Positions 1 to 13,800 of a stretch of DNA of 64,000 nucleotides are shown here, in pieces. Below the pieces are notes generated by a model. The model was not told the origin of the DNA. It searched no databases and saw only the letters and a program-made list of their open reading frames with translations. The stretch is taken from the NCBI GenBank assembly GCA_951406725.2, contig OX597834.1:17360001-17424000 (forward strand). The letters run 5' to 3'. The stretch's first letter is position 1; each line of letters begins with the position of its first letter. This DNA is from Octopus vulgaris. Taxonomy: Eukaryota. The translations under genes and the position numbers were made by a program.

Positions 1-814
1 TGAGAAAGAGTTTTAGATATTTTAGAAAATGTCATTATGGAAAGATGAGAGAATATGCATTGTTCTAAAAATATGTTACAGTGCTAAAGTGTCTTTTTTT
101 TTAAATCTTAAATGTCAGCATCTGTTTTGGTTGTCATTTGAAATTAACTACCAGCCAACAGAAATGATTAATTTCCTTTTATCTTGTTTATCCAAGTTAT
201 TATTTTACGTGTGGTGAAACAATGATTTATGTGGCTTCCATGATGTGGTGGTTTGGCTCTCGTCATCATCTTAACATCCACTTCTCCGTGCTTGCATGGG
301 TCGGAGGGAATTTGTCGAGGTGGATTTTCTATGGTTGGATCCCCCCTCCTGATGTCAGCCCTCACCCATTTCCGTGCAAGCAATGCTAGGGGGACAAACA
401 CAAACACACATATATACGACGGGCTTCTTTCAGTTTCCGTCTACCAAATCCACTCACAAGGCTTTGGTTGGCCCGAGGCTATAGTAGAAGACACTTGCCC
501 AAGGTGCCACGCAGTGGGACTGAACCCGGAACCATGTGGTTGGTAAACAAGCTACTTACCACACAGCCAAAAAGTTTGTTTTTTTTTGGTTCCCCCCTCC
601 CCCCCGGTGTTTTTGTGTGTCTTGTTAAAGTAGAAACTATCAGCTTAACTTTTCAATGCCAATTTGCTTAACTGAAACTACCTTTGCTTACATCAGACAA
701 AAACCTCTAATTTTGAGGTGTTTACATTTAAATTAAAACATTCCGTTGTAATTTTATGCGAGGACATTTTTATTTAAATTCTCTTCCAAACACTATCCAG
801 ACTATGACAAATAT

Positions 815-1006
815 TCTCTTTTACTTGTTTTAGTCATTTGACTGCGGCCATGCTGGAGCACCGCCTTTAGTCAAGCAAATCAACCCCGGGACTTATTCTA
901 TCGGTCTCTTTTGCCAAACCGCTAAGTGACGGGGACGTAAACACAACAGCATCGGTTGTCAAGCAATGCTAGGGGGACAAACACAGACACAGACACACAA
1001 ACATAC

Positions 1007-1061
<55 letters not shown>

Positions 1062-1226
1062 TACGACAGGCTTCTTTCAGTTTCCGTCTACCAAATCCAC
1101 TCACAAGGCATTGGTCGGCCTGAGGCTATAGCAGAAGACACTTGCCCAAGATGCCACGCAGTGGGACTGAACCCGGAACCATGTGGTTGGTAAGCAAGCT
1201 ACTTACCACACAGCCACTCCTGCGCC
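815..1226 (-). mobile_element. tRNA-derived SINE family A, full copy (CORE-like body, internal (TA)n, AGTAAAAG tail)
   Basis: Minus-strand head TGGCTGTGTGGT (A box) and GGTTCAGTCCC (B box) followed by TTGGGCAAG; many copies in the window. Confidence 0.85.
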
Positions 1227-1473
1227 TATTGTTCGGTTATTTTCACTAAATCTCTCCAAATTCTTTGTTCACTGAAATGTATTGGCAAAATGTATTTTAC
1301 CGTCACCATCATCATCATCATCATCATCATTTAACATCTGTTTTCCCTGTTGGCTTGAGTCCGGAAAGTTTCATAGGATCCAACAAGCCACGGAGCTGTA
1401 TTGAGCTGCAGTGTCTGCTCTGGCATAATTTGTACAACTTGATACTGGCCCTTTCCTGAAGCCAACAATGTAA

Positions 1474-1694
1474 CCCTTTCGTTACCGTATTTATTTTGAG
1501 ATGCTCTGTGTTTCTTTCAATTTTTTTAAATATAACAAAGAATTTACTAAAATAACTTAGTTATCATTCAGCTAGTGTTAGGAACATAAATTGTGACTAA
1601 GGCTTGGTGGAATATTTTAATTCAAAACTTATGAAAACAAGATATTTGTACTACAGAGCCAGAGGTGGTTTCTGCTGGGTTGGTAACGAAAGGG
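1474..1694. mobile_element. piggyBac-type MITE, family P2
   Basis: TIRs CCCTTTCGTTACC / GGTAACGAAAGGG with (T)TAA flanks; closely similar copy at 15830-16050. Confidence 0.8.
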
Positions 1695-2044
1695 TTAACA
1701 GTGTGTACTGAGTGGTCTTTTTCGTGCCACTGGCACTAATGAGTGAAAAGGAAGGAAAAGAAGTCCATGTTTGTGTCTCCTTGGTTTTGATATTGCATGA
1801 TAGTTGTAAGTAAGTTGACATTGTCATACAAACTGTTACCATCTGTTTTCAGTATTCTGTGAAAACCTATCCGGCCATGAGGATATATTTCTCTGCTTAA
1901 AAATAGGTGAAGGTTGGCAACAGGAAGAGCATTCAGCCCTAGAAACTCTGCCCTAGTAAATAAACTCCATCTGACCCAAGTGAGCATGGAAAAGCAGATA
2001 ATGGTGATGTGTGTGTAATGCATGCACACAAACTCACACACACA

Positions 2045-2217
<173 letters not shown>

Positions 2218-2494
2218 ATCAAAATACCTCACTGTGGCCTTCAACAGTTAAAACTAAACACAACAATGAAAGTATGTGAAGCATTTACTTTTGCAAGTCG
2301 TAAACATGGTTCCCCCCAAATGCAATCAAATAAAAACAGCAAGCTGCTGTGTCAGACATCACCATGTAATGCTATGGACACCGGACAAACAAACATTGCT
2401 AACTGGCCAAAACAAGAGAGAAAGGCAAAAGTGACAAAGTGACATGAATGACTCCAGAATGAAAATGTGTAAAACTATAATATAAATTCTTTAA

Positions 2495-2923
2495 CCCTTT
2501 AGTGTTCACATTATTCTGCCAAAATTAATGCTTCTTCATCCACATTGTTTTGAACTAATCATGTATTATCTTGTAGCTTTGAGATTTTTATGAGATAAAT
2601 GCTAATTTTTAGAATGACATTATAGAGTTGGTGTAAGAGACGACATCTGATCACTTTCTACATAAAACAGGTAGAATATTTTGGCCAGATATACTGGTTT
2701 AACCCTTTAGTGTTCACATTATTCTGCCAAAATTAATGCTTCTTCATCCACTTTGTTTTGAACTAATCATGCATTATCTTGTAGCTTTGAGATTTTGATG
2801 AGGTAGCTGTTAATTTTTAAAACGATATTGTAGGGTTGGTGTGAGAGACCAGATCTGGCCAGTTTGAACATAAAACAGGCAGAATACTTTTGGCCGGATA
2901 TGGCCGGTTTAAATGCTAAAGGG
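2495..2923. mobile_element. Tandem dimer of piggyBac-type MITE family P1
   Basis: TTAA-CCCTTTTAGTGTTC... restarts at ~2703; the dimer ends ...GCTAAAGGG-TTAA. Confidence 0.8.
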
Positions 2924-3619
2924 TTAACTCTTTGATGACCAAATAGGTGCAGGTGTGGTGATGTGGCTAAGAAGTTGTCTTCCTAGCACTTATTCTTTGC
3001 AACTCTAGTACTTACTCTATCAATCTCTTTTGCCAAACCGCTAAGTAACAGGAGCATAAACAAGCCAGCATTGGTTGTCCAGCAATGGCAGTTGGGGATG
3101 GGGTGTCAAACACAGACACACGCAGCAGGCTTCTTTCAGTTTCTGCCTACCAAATCCACTCACAAGGCCTTGGTCAGCCCAAAGCTATAGTAGAAGACAC
3201 TTGCCCAACGTGCCACACAGTGAGACTGAACCCAGAACCATGTGGTAGGGAGGAAAGCTTCTTACCACACAGCCATGCTTGCACCTATATGTTTAAATTA
3301 AATTTGAGAATAATAATTTGGCATAATTTTGTAAAATAACTAACTTTTCCATGATTAAACTTTTATTAAACTTTTTGATAACAAGCCACCTTGGTTCTAT
3401 GATAGAATTTGCCTGTTTTAAAGTTATCTAAATGAAGATCTGCCATCTAAAATTTCACATTGATTTATATTCCAAATGCCACAATAATGTGGGTTATTTC
3501 AGCCATTCAGATTATTCTGTCAAATGCAATGTTTATTCTCGTTATTTTCAATTAATCATTCATTATCTCATAGCTTCAAGAGTTCAATAATGTGATTGTC
3601 TTTGTTTTTTCGTATGATA

Positions 3620-3986
3620 CTAGCACTATGACCTGGCAACGCCGGGTCATAGTGCTAGTGCATGCATATACAGCTGCATGCGTGGGCACATACACGCGAG
3701 TACTGTCCAAATCTCCGACCAATCACATACAGCTAGCTGCCATTCAATTTTCATATCAAATTTCGGGCATTTTTATTGGGTTTTGGATAGAAAATTCACA
3801 AAAAAGTCACTTCTATTGATTTTTTTAATGGCTTTGCGGGTTGACTGGGGAAATGTAAAGATGTGCACGACCACCCTTGGACGGTTTTCAATGACCATAG
3901 AAAGTGCGAGCCCTCTAACTGAAAAATTGTGGATTTGTATAAAGGACACACACACACAGACATTTTGCCGTTTATATATATAGAGA
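3620..3986 (-). mobile_element. Non-autonomous Helitron
   Basis: On the minus strand it begins TC and ends CTAG, with a 19-bp-stem hairpin at 3619-3659. It is inserted between A and T with no TSD, inside a piggyBac-type MITE whose halves rejoin. Confidence 0.75.
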
Positions 3987-4610
3987 TTATAGGGTAGATT
4001 GAACATAGAAGGGAGAATATTTGGGCTGGATATGGCTGGTTTAAATACTAAAGGATTAATAAATTCTTTGTTATTTTCAAAATTCATTGACACAAAAGCC
4101 GAGTGTTATTTCAATAGAAACAGTCAGATTGGAGGGGCTTTTTGAAAGACATTGGGTAGATTAAGGTATCAATATAGAATTGTTAAAATCTATTTTAGGA
4201 TAAAACAAGTAGAAATGATGGGTTTGTTGAGAGTGGGGGGGTAACTTATATCTGTTATTAGAGGAAAATAACTTTTGTAGGTGTGATGGTGAATATATAA
4301 TGAAATATATATCTCTCCTCTATATATACATATACACATATATATACACACACGTGTGTGTGTGTGTGTATATATATATATCTATATGTATATACATACA
4401 CACATAAACATATATATATATATATATATATATACATACATATATATTTTTCTCTTATATTTTCAGTTCCTCCCCAGATTACCATCAAATCTCATTTTTG
4501 TTGAAGCAAAAAAAAAACTAAAAACCTTTAAAAAAAAAACCTAAGCTAACATAACCAATTAAAAACAAACAAGCAAAAAAAAAAACAACCCTGTGGTCTG
4601 ACATTATACG

Positions 4611-4838
4611 ATGCAAGCCTCAACACCTGTTCAACCTCGTCGTAGTTCAACAAGGTCGATAAAACGGAAAAAATTTGACGACGAGCTTGTGGAGAGTAGC
4701 CTTGTAAAGTCTGACCGGGGCCGTTTCAAGACTCTTCCTGTTATTGAAAAACCTGAACCGAACCCTCCAATTGATACTGTGGTCCCACAACTGCCCGAGA
4801 AGAAGAAAGTCACACTACCTCCACCTGAGAAAAAGAAG
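4611..4838 (+). CDS. MCRS1: MCRS1 coding exon 1 (MQAS...PPPEKKK); 5' UTR part probably starts at the acceptor 4467
   Basis: Contains the [13 protein letters not shown] motif; donor GTATGT at 4839; polypyrimidine tract plus CAG ending at 4466. Confidence 0.93.
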
Positions 4839-7800
4839 GTATGTAGTTGATAGATTTTCCAAACTATTTGTTTCTTTATTCAGAACTGTTTGTCTGCTCA
4901 CTGTTTTTCTATGCCAGTCGTGACAAGATTTGTCTAAGCATGTTTATATGTGTAAAGTAAAGTTACCTTCTTGAGTCATACTGGCTCATAAGGACCAGAT
5001 TCCAGGTTTCATGGTGATTACATTCCCCGCTGGGACAGGATGCCAGTCCATCACAGGATGACTCCTTTTTACCAGCTGAGTGGACTGGAGCAATGCGGAA
5101 TGAAGTGTTTTGCTCAAGAACATAACACGTCACCAGGAAGCGAAACCACAATTGTACAATCATGGGTCCAACACCTTAACAACCACTAAGCCATGCGCTT
5201 CCACAGTCTCAGTATAGCTGCAGTATAATGATTAAAACACACAATATATATATATATATATATATATATGTTATGCAGTTAAGTATATGTCTGGTCATAG
5301 AGTGACCAATGGTTTCACAGCCATAAAGCATTTAGCATTATGGACGATTCATCAAATGCTTTAGGGATGCAAACCATTGGTCAGTTTATGACCAGACATA
5401 TACTTACCTAAATATTTTCTTAACTGTAGATTAGATTTAAATGTAAAACAAAGACTAAATTATGTTCTGCCTTCCATAGTGTTTCAAACCAACTACAAAG
5501 CTTTTTGAAATTATTTTTGAATGATTAACTTTTAATAACGACACTGTTCCAAAATAGACTGTCGATACACTGTCTTAGAGAACCTGGAACCATCTGATTG
5601 GAAAGCAAACTCCTTAACCACACAGCCATGCCTACACCTAATACGATGTTCAACGCTTTCCTTCTCTCCTTTTTTTTTTGGTTTTTTTTTTTTCAAGTTT
5701 CATATTTCCATTTATTCTACAAACTTTACCATCCATGGAATAGATTTGTGTTCTCAAATATCTGAGTAGGTGTTGTTGTTCTTAGCTTTTGTGTGTTTCA
5801 TGTGTTGGGTTGGGTTGAGCTGGTATCATTTACTCACCAATGACAAAGTCAGTTTATTCATTTAAATGGTTGGGGTTTGTATTTTGTGTTTTTTTTTTTT
5901 TAAATCTTGTTTTAGTTTCTGTCTTGGTGTAACTTAAATGTAGAAATAATAAACGAAATAATAGAATGATGTTTATCTTGGGTTGGGTGTTGGTGCTAAA
6001 TTTAGACAAGAGGTTTATAACCCCTTGCATGTGTGTGTTGGGGGTTATCTCACCCATTGAGTGCGTGACATTAGAGCTTGGATTTGTTATTTTTTTTATT
6101 TTTGTTTATTTTTTTCAATTGTTTTATGGTTGTAATAATAAAAGTAATACACGCAAATGTGACAAAGCCTCGTGAGTCAATAAGGAAACATCATCATCAT
6201 CATCGTTTAGCGTCTGCTTTCCATGCTAGCATGGGTTGGATGGTTCAACTGGGGTCTGGGAAGCCAGTAGGCTGCGCCAGGCCCAGTCTGATTTGGCAGT
6301 ATTTCTACAGCTGGATGCCCTTCCTAACGCCAACCACTCCGTGAGTGTAGTGGGTGCTTTTTATGTGCCACCTGCACAGGTGCCAGATGAGGCTGGCAAA
6401 CGGCCACGATTGGATGGTGCTTTTTACGTGCCACCGGCACGGAGGCCAGTCGGGGCGGCACTAGCAACGGCCACGTTCGGATGGTTCTCTTATGTGCCAC
6501 CGGCATTGGTATCACAGCTACAGTGGTACTAAAAATAGCAGCCAAATATATTTTACCTTTAAAAAGAAATGAAACACTGGATAATGTTGGCTTAAGCTGG
6601 CTTAAAATAAAATAGGTTGGTCATATCTGGAACACTAGGATCATAGATCTACTTGGTCAGAGTTGACCTGGAGTTAAACAACCTTCATCATCATCAACAT
6701 TTAACATCTGCTCTCCATGGTTTGACAAGGAGCTGTCTGGACTCCAACTGTCTGTTGTGGTATGGTTTTTACAGCTGGATGCCCTTCCTAACGCCAACCA
6801 CGTAACAATGTGCTGAGTGCTTTACTGGCACAAGTGCGTTTCTGCAGCACCAGCACAGGTGTTTTTTGAGTGACACTGGCACCTGAAAGGAGAAGCCACA
6901 CAACCATGCATGTGTCTATATGTAAAAATATAAAAATATAAGGCGGCGAGCTTGGAGAGAACCGTTAGCACACTGGGTGAAATGCGTAGTTGTATTTCGT
7001 CTGCCGTTATGTTCTGAGTTCAAATTCTGCAGAGGTCGACTTTGCCTTTCATCCTTTCGGGGTCAATAAATTAAGTACCAGTTACGCACTGGGGTCGATG
7101 TAATCGATTTAATCCGTTTGTCTGTCCTTGTTTGTCCCCTCTGTGTTTAGCTCCTTGTGGGCAATAAAGAAACCCCTCTCTCTCTTTCGGAGAGGCACAA
7201 GCACCTACACGTACATGTACACACGCGGCAGTAACTTCTGCCTGCCGAATTCAATCACAAAGCTTCGGTCGGCTCGGGGCTATAGCAGAAGACACCTACC
7301 CAAAGTGCCACGCAGTGGGACTGAACCCGAAACCATGTAGCTAGGAAGCAAGCTCCCTAACCACACAGCCATGCCCGATATATGTAAAAATATGTTTCAT
7401 TTCTTTCTTTTTTTTTTTTTTTTTTGCAGACAACAAAAACAGCAGCCAAAAGGAAACAGAAGCAGAAGGTATTGTGGCTTTTTTTACCTTTAATTCTGTT
7501 TATTTTATTTTTCATTTTACCATTTTATATCTTGTTTTAAGTGCAGCTGTTTGTTCCAATTTACAACATACATACATACAATGTTGCTAGAGATTTCACC
7601 TTTTGATGATGTGATCAGCAGTTCAGATTTATTCTTCATAGGTGCTGGTCTTTGGATTGTCTTCATGCCAAGATCCTCTTCAAGTCTTTTAGGTGATTAC
7701 ATCAATCACCCACACTTGTTGATCTCCATAGATTGATAAAATCTATCAATCTGTATATTGAATGGTTGTCTATGGCCTAGAGGGGCGCAACTCAGGCACG

Positions 7801-10800
7801 GTCAATGTAACAAGATATGTTTGCTTGATGCAACAATTCGTTGGCAATCTTACACCAATACCGCCCCCACCATTATCCTTTATCTTTTCCTTGTTTCGGT
7901 CATTAGACTGCAGCCGTGCTGGGGCACTGCCTCGGAGAATTCTTAGTCAAATAAATCGACCCCAGTTCTTTTTTTTTTGTTTTAAAGCCTGGTACTTATT
8001 CTTTTGGTCCCTTTTGCCAAATTGCCAAGTTATGGGGATGTAAACACACCAACACCAGCTGTTAAGTGGTGGCCACACACACACAAAACAGGCTTCTTTC
8101 AGTTTCCGTCTGCCAAATCCACTCACAAGGCTTTGGTCGGTCAAGGCTATAGTAGAAGACACTTGCCCAAGGTGCCAAGCATGGGGACTGAACCTGGAAC
8201 CATATGGGTAGGAAGCAATCATCATATCATCATTTCACATGTGAAAAGATGATATGATGATGCATAGGTTGGATGGTTTAACAAGGTCTAATGGCTTCCA
8301 ATAACTGCATCATGCTCCAGTGTCTTCTTTGGCACAGTCTGTATGACTGGATGCTCTTAATGCAATCACTTTGCAGTGTGTTCTGGGTGTTTTTCCTTTC
8401 CTGCCACCAACACTGTTGAGGTCATCATGATGGCTTTCTTTCAGCTTCCAGCACAATGAACTCTGCTGAAAGTTCCAGGTCGTTTTTACTGTAGTTACCA
8501 GTGTATGAGACTAACTGCTTCTAATTTGTGGGGGACAAGAAAATTTCAGCAAAGTTGCATGATGGTGATGTCAGACATGGCATGCAGACCATCATATCAC
8601 TTGTTTGACATTGCATTTTTATTCTTCTCTTCCATTTTATTTTGACATGCGCATTGTCTTCCGTGCCGGTGGCACGTAAAAAGCACCATCCAATCGTGGC
8701 CATTGCCAGCCTTGCCTGGCCCCTGTGCCGGTGGCACGTAAAAAGCACCATCCGACCATGGCCGTTTGCCAGCCCTGTCTGGCACCTGTAAAAAACACCC
8801 ACTACACTCACTTAGTGGTTGGCGTTAGGAAGGGCATCCAGCCGTAGAAACACTGCCAGATCAGACTGGGCCTGGTGCAGCCTTCTGGCTTCCCAGACCC
8901 CAGTTGAACCGTCCAACCCATGCTAGCATGGAAAGCGGACGCTAAATGATGATGATGATTGTGTTTGTATTCTTCTCTTCTGTTTTACAAATTTAGTGTG
9001 CACATGTGCATTGCATGTTCATACTTCTCTTTCTGGTCCCTACTAAAATCTGTTTACAGATCACAACCATCTCCTGAACCAGCAGTCATGAGGAACACTT
9101 CATGCTCTGATGGCTGTGAAAAAAGTATATTTTGAGGAAAAACCAAAATGAACATGCTTCATCACACACCCATACCCTCAGTCCTCCATCTGTAATACAG
9201 TCACATTAGATGTATGGCAGTCTTTTGTTACATTTAAGAATATAAAAAGCACTTTTTATACACAGGGATATATGGGTAACATGGCTAGGCCTTTTTCCCT
9301 AGAAAATTAAAGGAAAACACAAAACATAGGCTATCTTAACCCTTTTGATACCGACCTGTCCAAGACAGCCCCTGGTTCTGTCAGACATGCTTCCTCTTTT
9401 AACCCTTCAATATTCAGATTATTCTGCCAAATATAATGCTTATTTATTCACACTACAGTACTTGATTGGTGCTTATTTTATTGACTCAGAAAGATGAAAA
9501 GCAAAGTTGACTCTGGTGGCATTTGAACTCAGTATGTAAAGGGATGTAACTAAATACCACAAGGTATTTGTGCAATGTTCTAGTGATGCTACCATCCCAC
9601 TGTTTCTAGACCATTCTTTGAATGTTATTTCATTTGAGATATTTTCTGTATGTAACCAGTTGTCACTTCTTCTCCCCAGGATGTTACACCAACACCAGTT
9701 ACAGCTTCCACCAAGGATTTAGGACGATGGAAACCACAGGATGACTTAGCTTTGATTACCGCTGTCCAACAGGTGAGTTACTTTATGCTTATTTAGTCAT
9801 GCTAACATACAACCATGACTAACACACAAACAGGGGCTTTAGTCCTGTCAGTGATTTTTTTTTCCTCTCCAGTTCTCGTATTTCACCAGGTCATAATCAT
9901 CATCACCACCGTCATCATGGTTGTTTTAATGTCCACTTTTCCATGTTTGCATGGATTAGACTGGATTTATTGAGGCAGATTTTCTACAACTGGGTGCTCC
10001 TCCTGTTGCAGACACTCACTTGCTTCCAAGCAAGGTAATATTTCCCTATGGCCAAGCATGTATAATTGTGACACTCATTTTTACAACCATCATGTGGTGT
10101 TAAGACAAGGGGACAAACACACTTGCACGCACTCGTACACAGCCACAAACATGCACACACACACACACACATTTCCACACTGTATCTACCTCCCAAATCA
10201 ACTCAGAAGGCTTTGGTTGGCCTGTTGCTATAGAAGACGCTTACCCAAGATACCACATGGGACTGAACTCAGGATTGCATGATTTGGAAGCAAGCTTCTT
10301 AACCACATGCCCACACCAAATCCGCAAAGCTCACCGAGGCATTGAATTTTTGTTATTTTCTTCCCACAAGTGTGCAGTATTTGAAGCATTGGGAGTTATT
10401 AATGATTTAATGGAAATTGTGATATTCATGCATTTCCCAAGAGCATTAGTGACATATAATAGAAATACGATAGCCAAAATAATTACAACTGGGAATTAAT
10501 ACCGGGTTGTTGCTAAGTTGACCCACAAACAGCTTTGTTTTCTATGTTTGTGTCATTTACCATTTATGAATATTAAATTTCCTTCAAAATTTCTTGTCAT
10601 CTTCTAGCTACCCAAGCAATTTCGTAAAAACAACCTTGTTTTTTCATCTGCTGTCAACATTAAATGTTTTACTAGTGAAAGGTTAGGAATATAAAAACAT
10701 GAAGTCCATTGGATTAGATTGAAATCAAGCAAAATCAAAATAGATTTATCTCCATTTAGTCGTTTAGCATTTAAACTGGTCATATTAGACCTAAATATTC

Positions 10801-13800
10801 CACGTGTTTTACGTTCAAACTGACCAAATTCAGCCTCTCACACCTACCATAAAATGTCATTCTAAAGATATACAATCACACAATTGAGATCTAGAAGCAG
10901 TGAGGTAATGCATGATTAATTCAAACCAATTTGAATAAATAAGTATGCTTCACAGAATAAAAGAGTTAAAAGTGATTATTGTGGTATTAATATTGCTTCT
11001 GTCACAGTTAATTATTTTTTGATAAGCCCACTAGCTTTATTTTTTAATAAGCCCACTGGCTATTTATGACTCCAGTACCTAATCAGGCATTGAGATTCTA
11101 TTCATATTGCTATCTCTAGCTTTCGGGTGTCTACCACTGACAAGGTCAAGGAAGGCTGAAATCATGTGATCTGGTAGGCTTGGCAGTGATGGCAGGTGAT
11201 TCTCTCTTGCTAGTAATGTAAACACGAGTGCTTATATGCACCACAAGTTCATATGAGAATCTCTCTCGTGGTAAATAACACAGCATCCACTTTCAGGTGG
11301 GGATAAATATTGCTTTTTGGTGTTAATACTGCTTCTGTCACTGTTGATTATAAATAAGATTTCTTTCTAGAAAGTCGAACTTTTTTTTTTTACAATAATG
11401 TTTCTTGCTGATGGTTTGTTAACCCTTTAGTGTTCAGATTAATATATTAAAAGTAATCCTTATTTATTTACATTTTTTAAAATGAATCTGGTATTATCTC
11501 ATAGCTTCAAGAGTTGAAAGTTGTAATTGTTTTTTTAGAATGACATTGCAGGGTAGGTGTGAGACACTGGTTCTGGCCAGTTTGAGCATAAAATGAGTAG
11601 AATATTTGGGCCAGATACAGCCAGTTTAAACACTAAAGGGTTAATATTGGTTACATTTGCAATGACCAGTCGTGAAGGAATGACACTGGTAAGCAAAACA
11701 AAGTGTCATTGTTGTGCAATTCCAGTCAACATTGATTGAGTTGGCCCATGATCAAAAGCATTCTAGCCATGACCATCTCACCGTTTTAGAAGTATCTTGG
11801 ACTATATTAACCAACGTGTCCTTTGTTTATTTAAGATGTTGGGGTGTGATGGGAGATTTGGCTGCAAGTTCCTACTGGCTCAGTGACCACAGAGAGGCTT
11901 CTTTGATGGCACAGAAATAAAGTGATTTGTCATGTATTAGTCAATATCTATCAGTCAAATGTCAGTATCAGTCAATATAGTCAGTTTCTTTCAATCAAAA
12001 AAGTCAGTATCAATCAAATGTCTGCTGTTATTTTCTGAGTTCAAATTCCACCGAGGTCAAATTTGGTTTTTTATCGTTTCAGGGTCGATAAATTAAGTAC
12101 CAGTTACGTACTGGGGTCAATGTAATCGACTTAATCTCTTTGTCTGTCCTTGTTTGTCCCTTCTATGTTTAGCCTCTTGTGAGCAATAAAGAAATAAGAA
12201 ATGCTCCTAAGCATTTTGTCCATGTGGCGTTATATAAAAGCGTCTGTCCAGTGCCACATATAAGCCATCATGTGGTGCCATGTAAAAGCATCCCACACTA
12301 TAAAGTGATTCGCATTAGGAAGGGAATCCAGCTGTAGAAACCATGCCAAATCAAACTGGAGTCTGATGTCTCCCACCCCCAGCTTGCCAGCTCTAGTCAT
12401 ACCGTCCAACCCATGTCAGCATGCATAATGGACATTAAGTGATGATGATGATGATGATGATGATGATGCTAATGATTCTGCCTGCTCACCACTCTTTTCT
12501 AATTCCATAACAACAACTGTTACACTGTGTTTCAGACCAACGATTTACCTTCTGTCCACGTCGGTATTAAATTTTCCTGTAAATTCAATTTGAAAGAAAT
12601 TCAAGAAAGGTGGTACGCTCTTCTTTACGACCCAATTATTTCAAAGTAAGTACCAGTTTCACTCGTTATCTTCCATATATATTTGTTTTTTTCAAGCATT
12701 GATTTATTTTCATTGAAAAATCAATACAGTAGAAATCTCTTTGATCTTGGCACCCATGTAATTAGACGAACACCAAATTAAAGAAAAATAACAGGACTTT
12801 TGGACCTGACAGTTACAAATATCTTGGAAGTTGAAATACAGGTTTCCACATCAATAAATGGAGAATATTACTTAAAGGCAGAAATAATATAGGCACCAAT
12901 AATACCAAAACACAGTAATACTTTGTTTTGTTTTGAACAAAATTTCAAAGCTGTACATAGATTTGTTGTCAAATATTAAAACCTGACACTAAAAATACAT
13001 ATCTTAAAAATTTCACCAACCCTTCGTCTGTCTTGTGTCCAGTATATCGTATGTGATATGTCCGGTATATCATACCGGACGCATGGATATTAGGAAAATG
13101 TGTCCGGTATATCTTATGTGATACACAGGACATATTTCCTTGATATCCATGCACCATGTATGATGCACATTATTAATTTTTTATAATCATTGGAGTAAGT
13201 TGGGACTTAAGAAAGGAAAGCTTTATATTACCCAGCATGCATGAAACTAGGGCTAACTAAAAGTCTGAAAATAAACACGGATGCTTAGGATAAACTTATG
13301 AAGAAGCTTTGGTCGGGTAAAGAGTTAAATGAAAAACTATGATTTTATTAAAACTGATACATAGATGATTACATTTGTATGTACATAATAAACCTTAGAT
13401 AAATAGAGAATACCAAACGAGTTCCCTATGGATACCGTATTTATTACGAGTGGCTTGTAAACGTATCTAACGAGCGAAAGTGAGTTAGATACGTTTACAA
13501 GCCACGAGTTGTAATAAATACGGTATCCATAGGGAATGAGTTTGGTATTTTATTTATTACACACGAATAAACGACCATATTTTATTAACCCAATAACTAA
13601 ATTCTTCACGTTTAGTTGTAACTTATGAATGACAAAAGTAGTGCCGTCACCGTGACCTCGGGTCATCACCATGGATTGACCAATCAGAAGCAGCGCTCAC
13701 AGTATCTGACATATGTTAGATACCAAAAATATCTCAAAGTGTTCTCACTCACATGTGTGTAATAAGTAATAATACCAAAAAACAATGTTTTAAGCCTTTT

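Noticed and set aside
253-1193. Recurrent peptide ...[11 protein letters not shown]...[19 protein letters not shown]
   Set aside because: Antisense reading of SINE family A, not a gene family.
9080-9120. Box C/D-like motifs (ATGAGGA...CTGA) in an MCRS1 intron
   Set aside because: Too short for a snoRNA and box C is imperfect.
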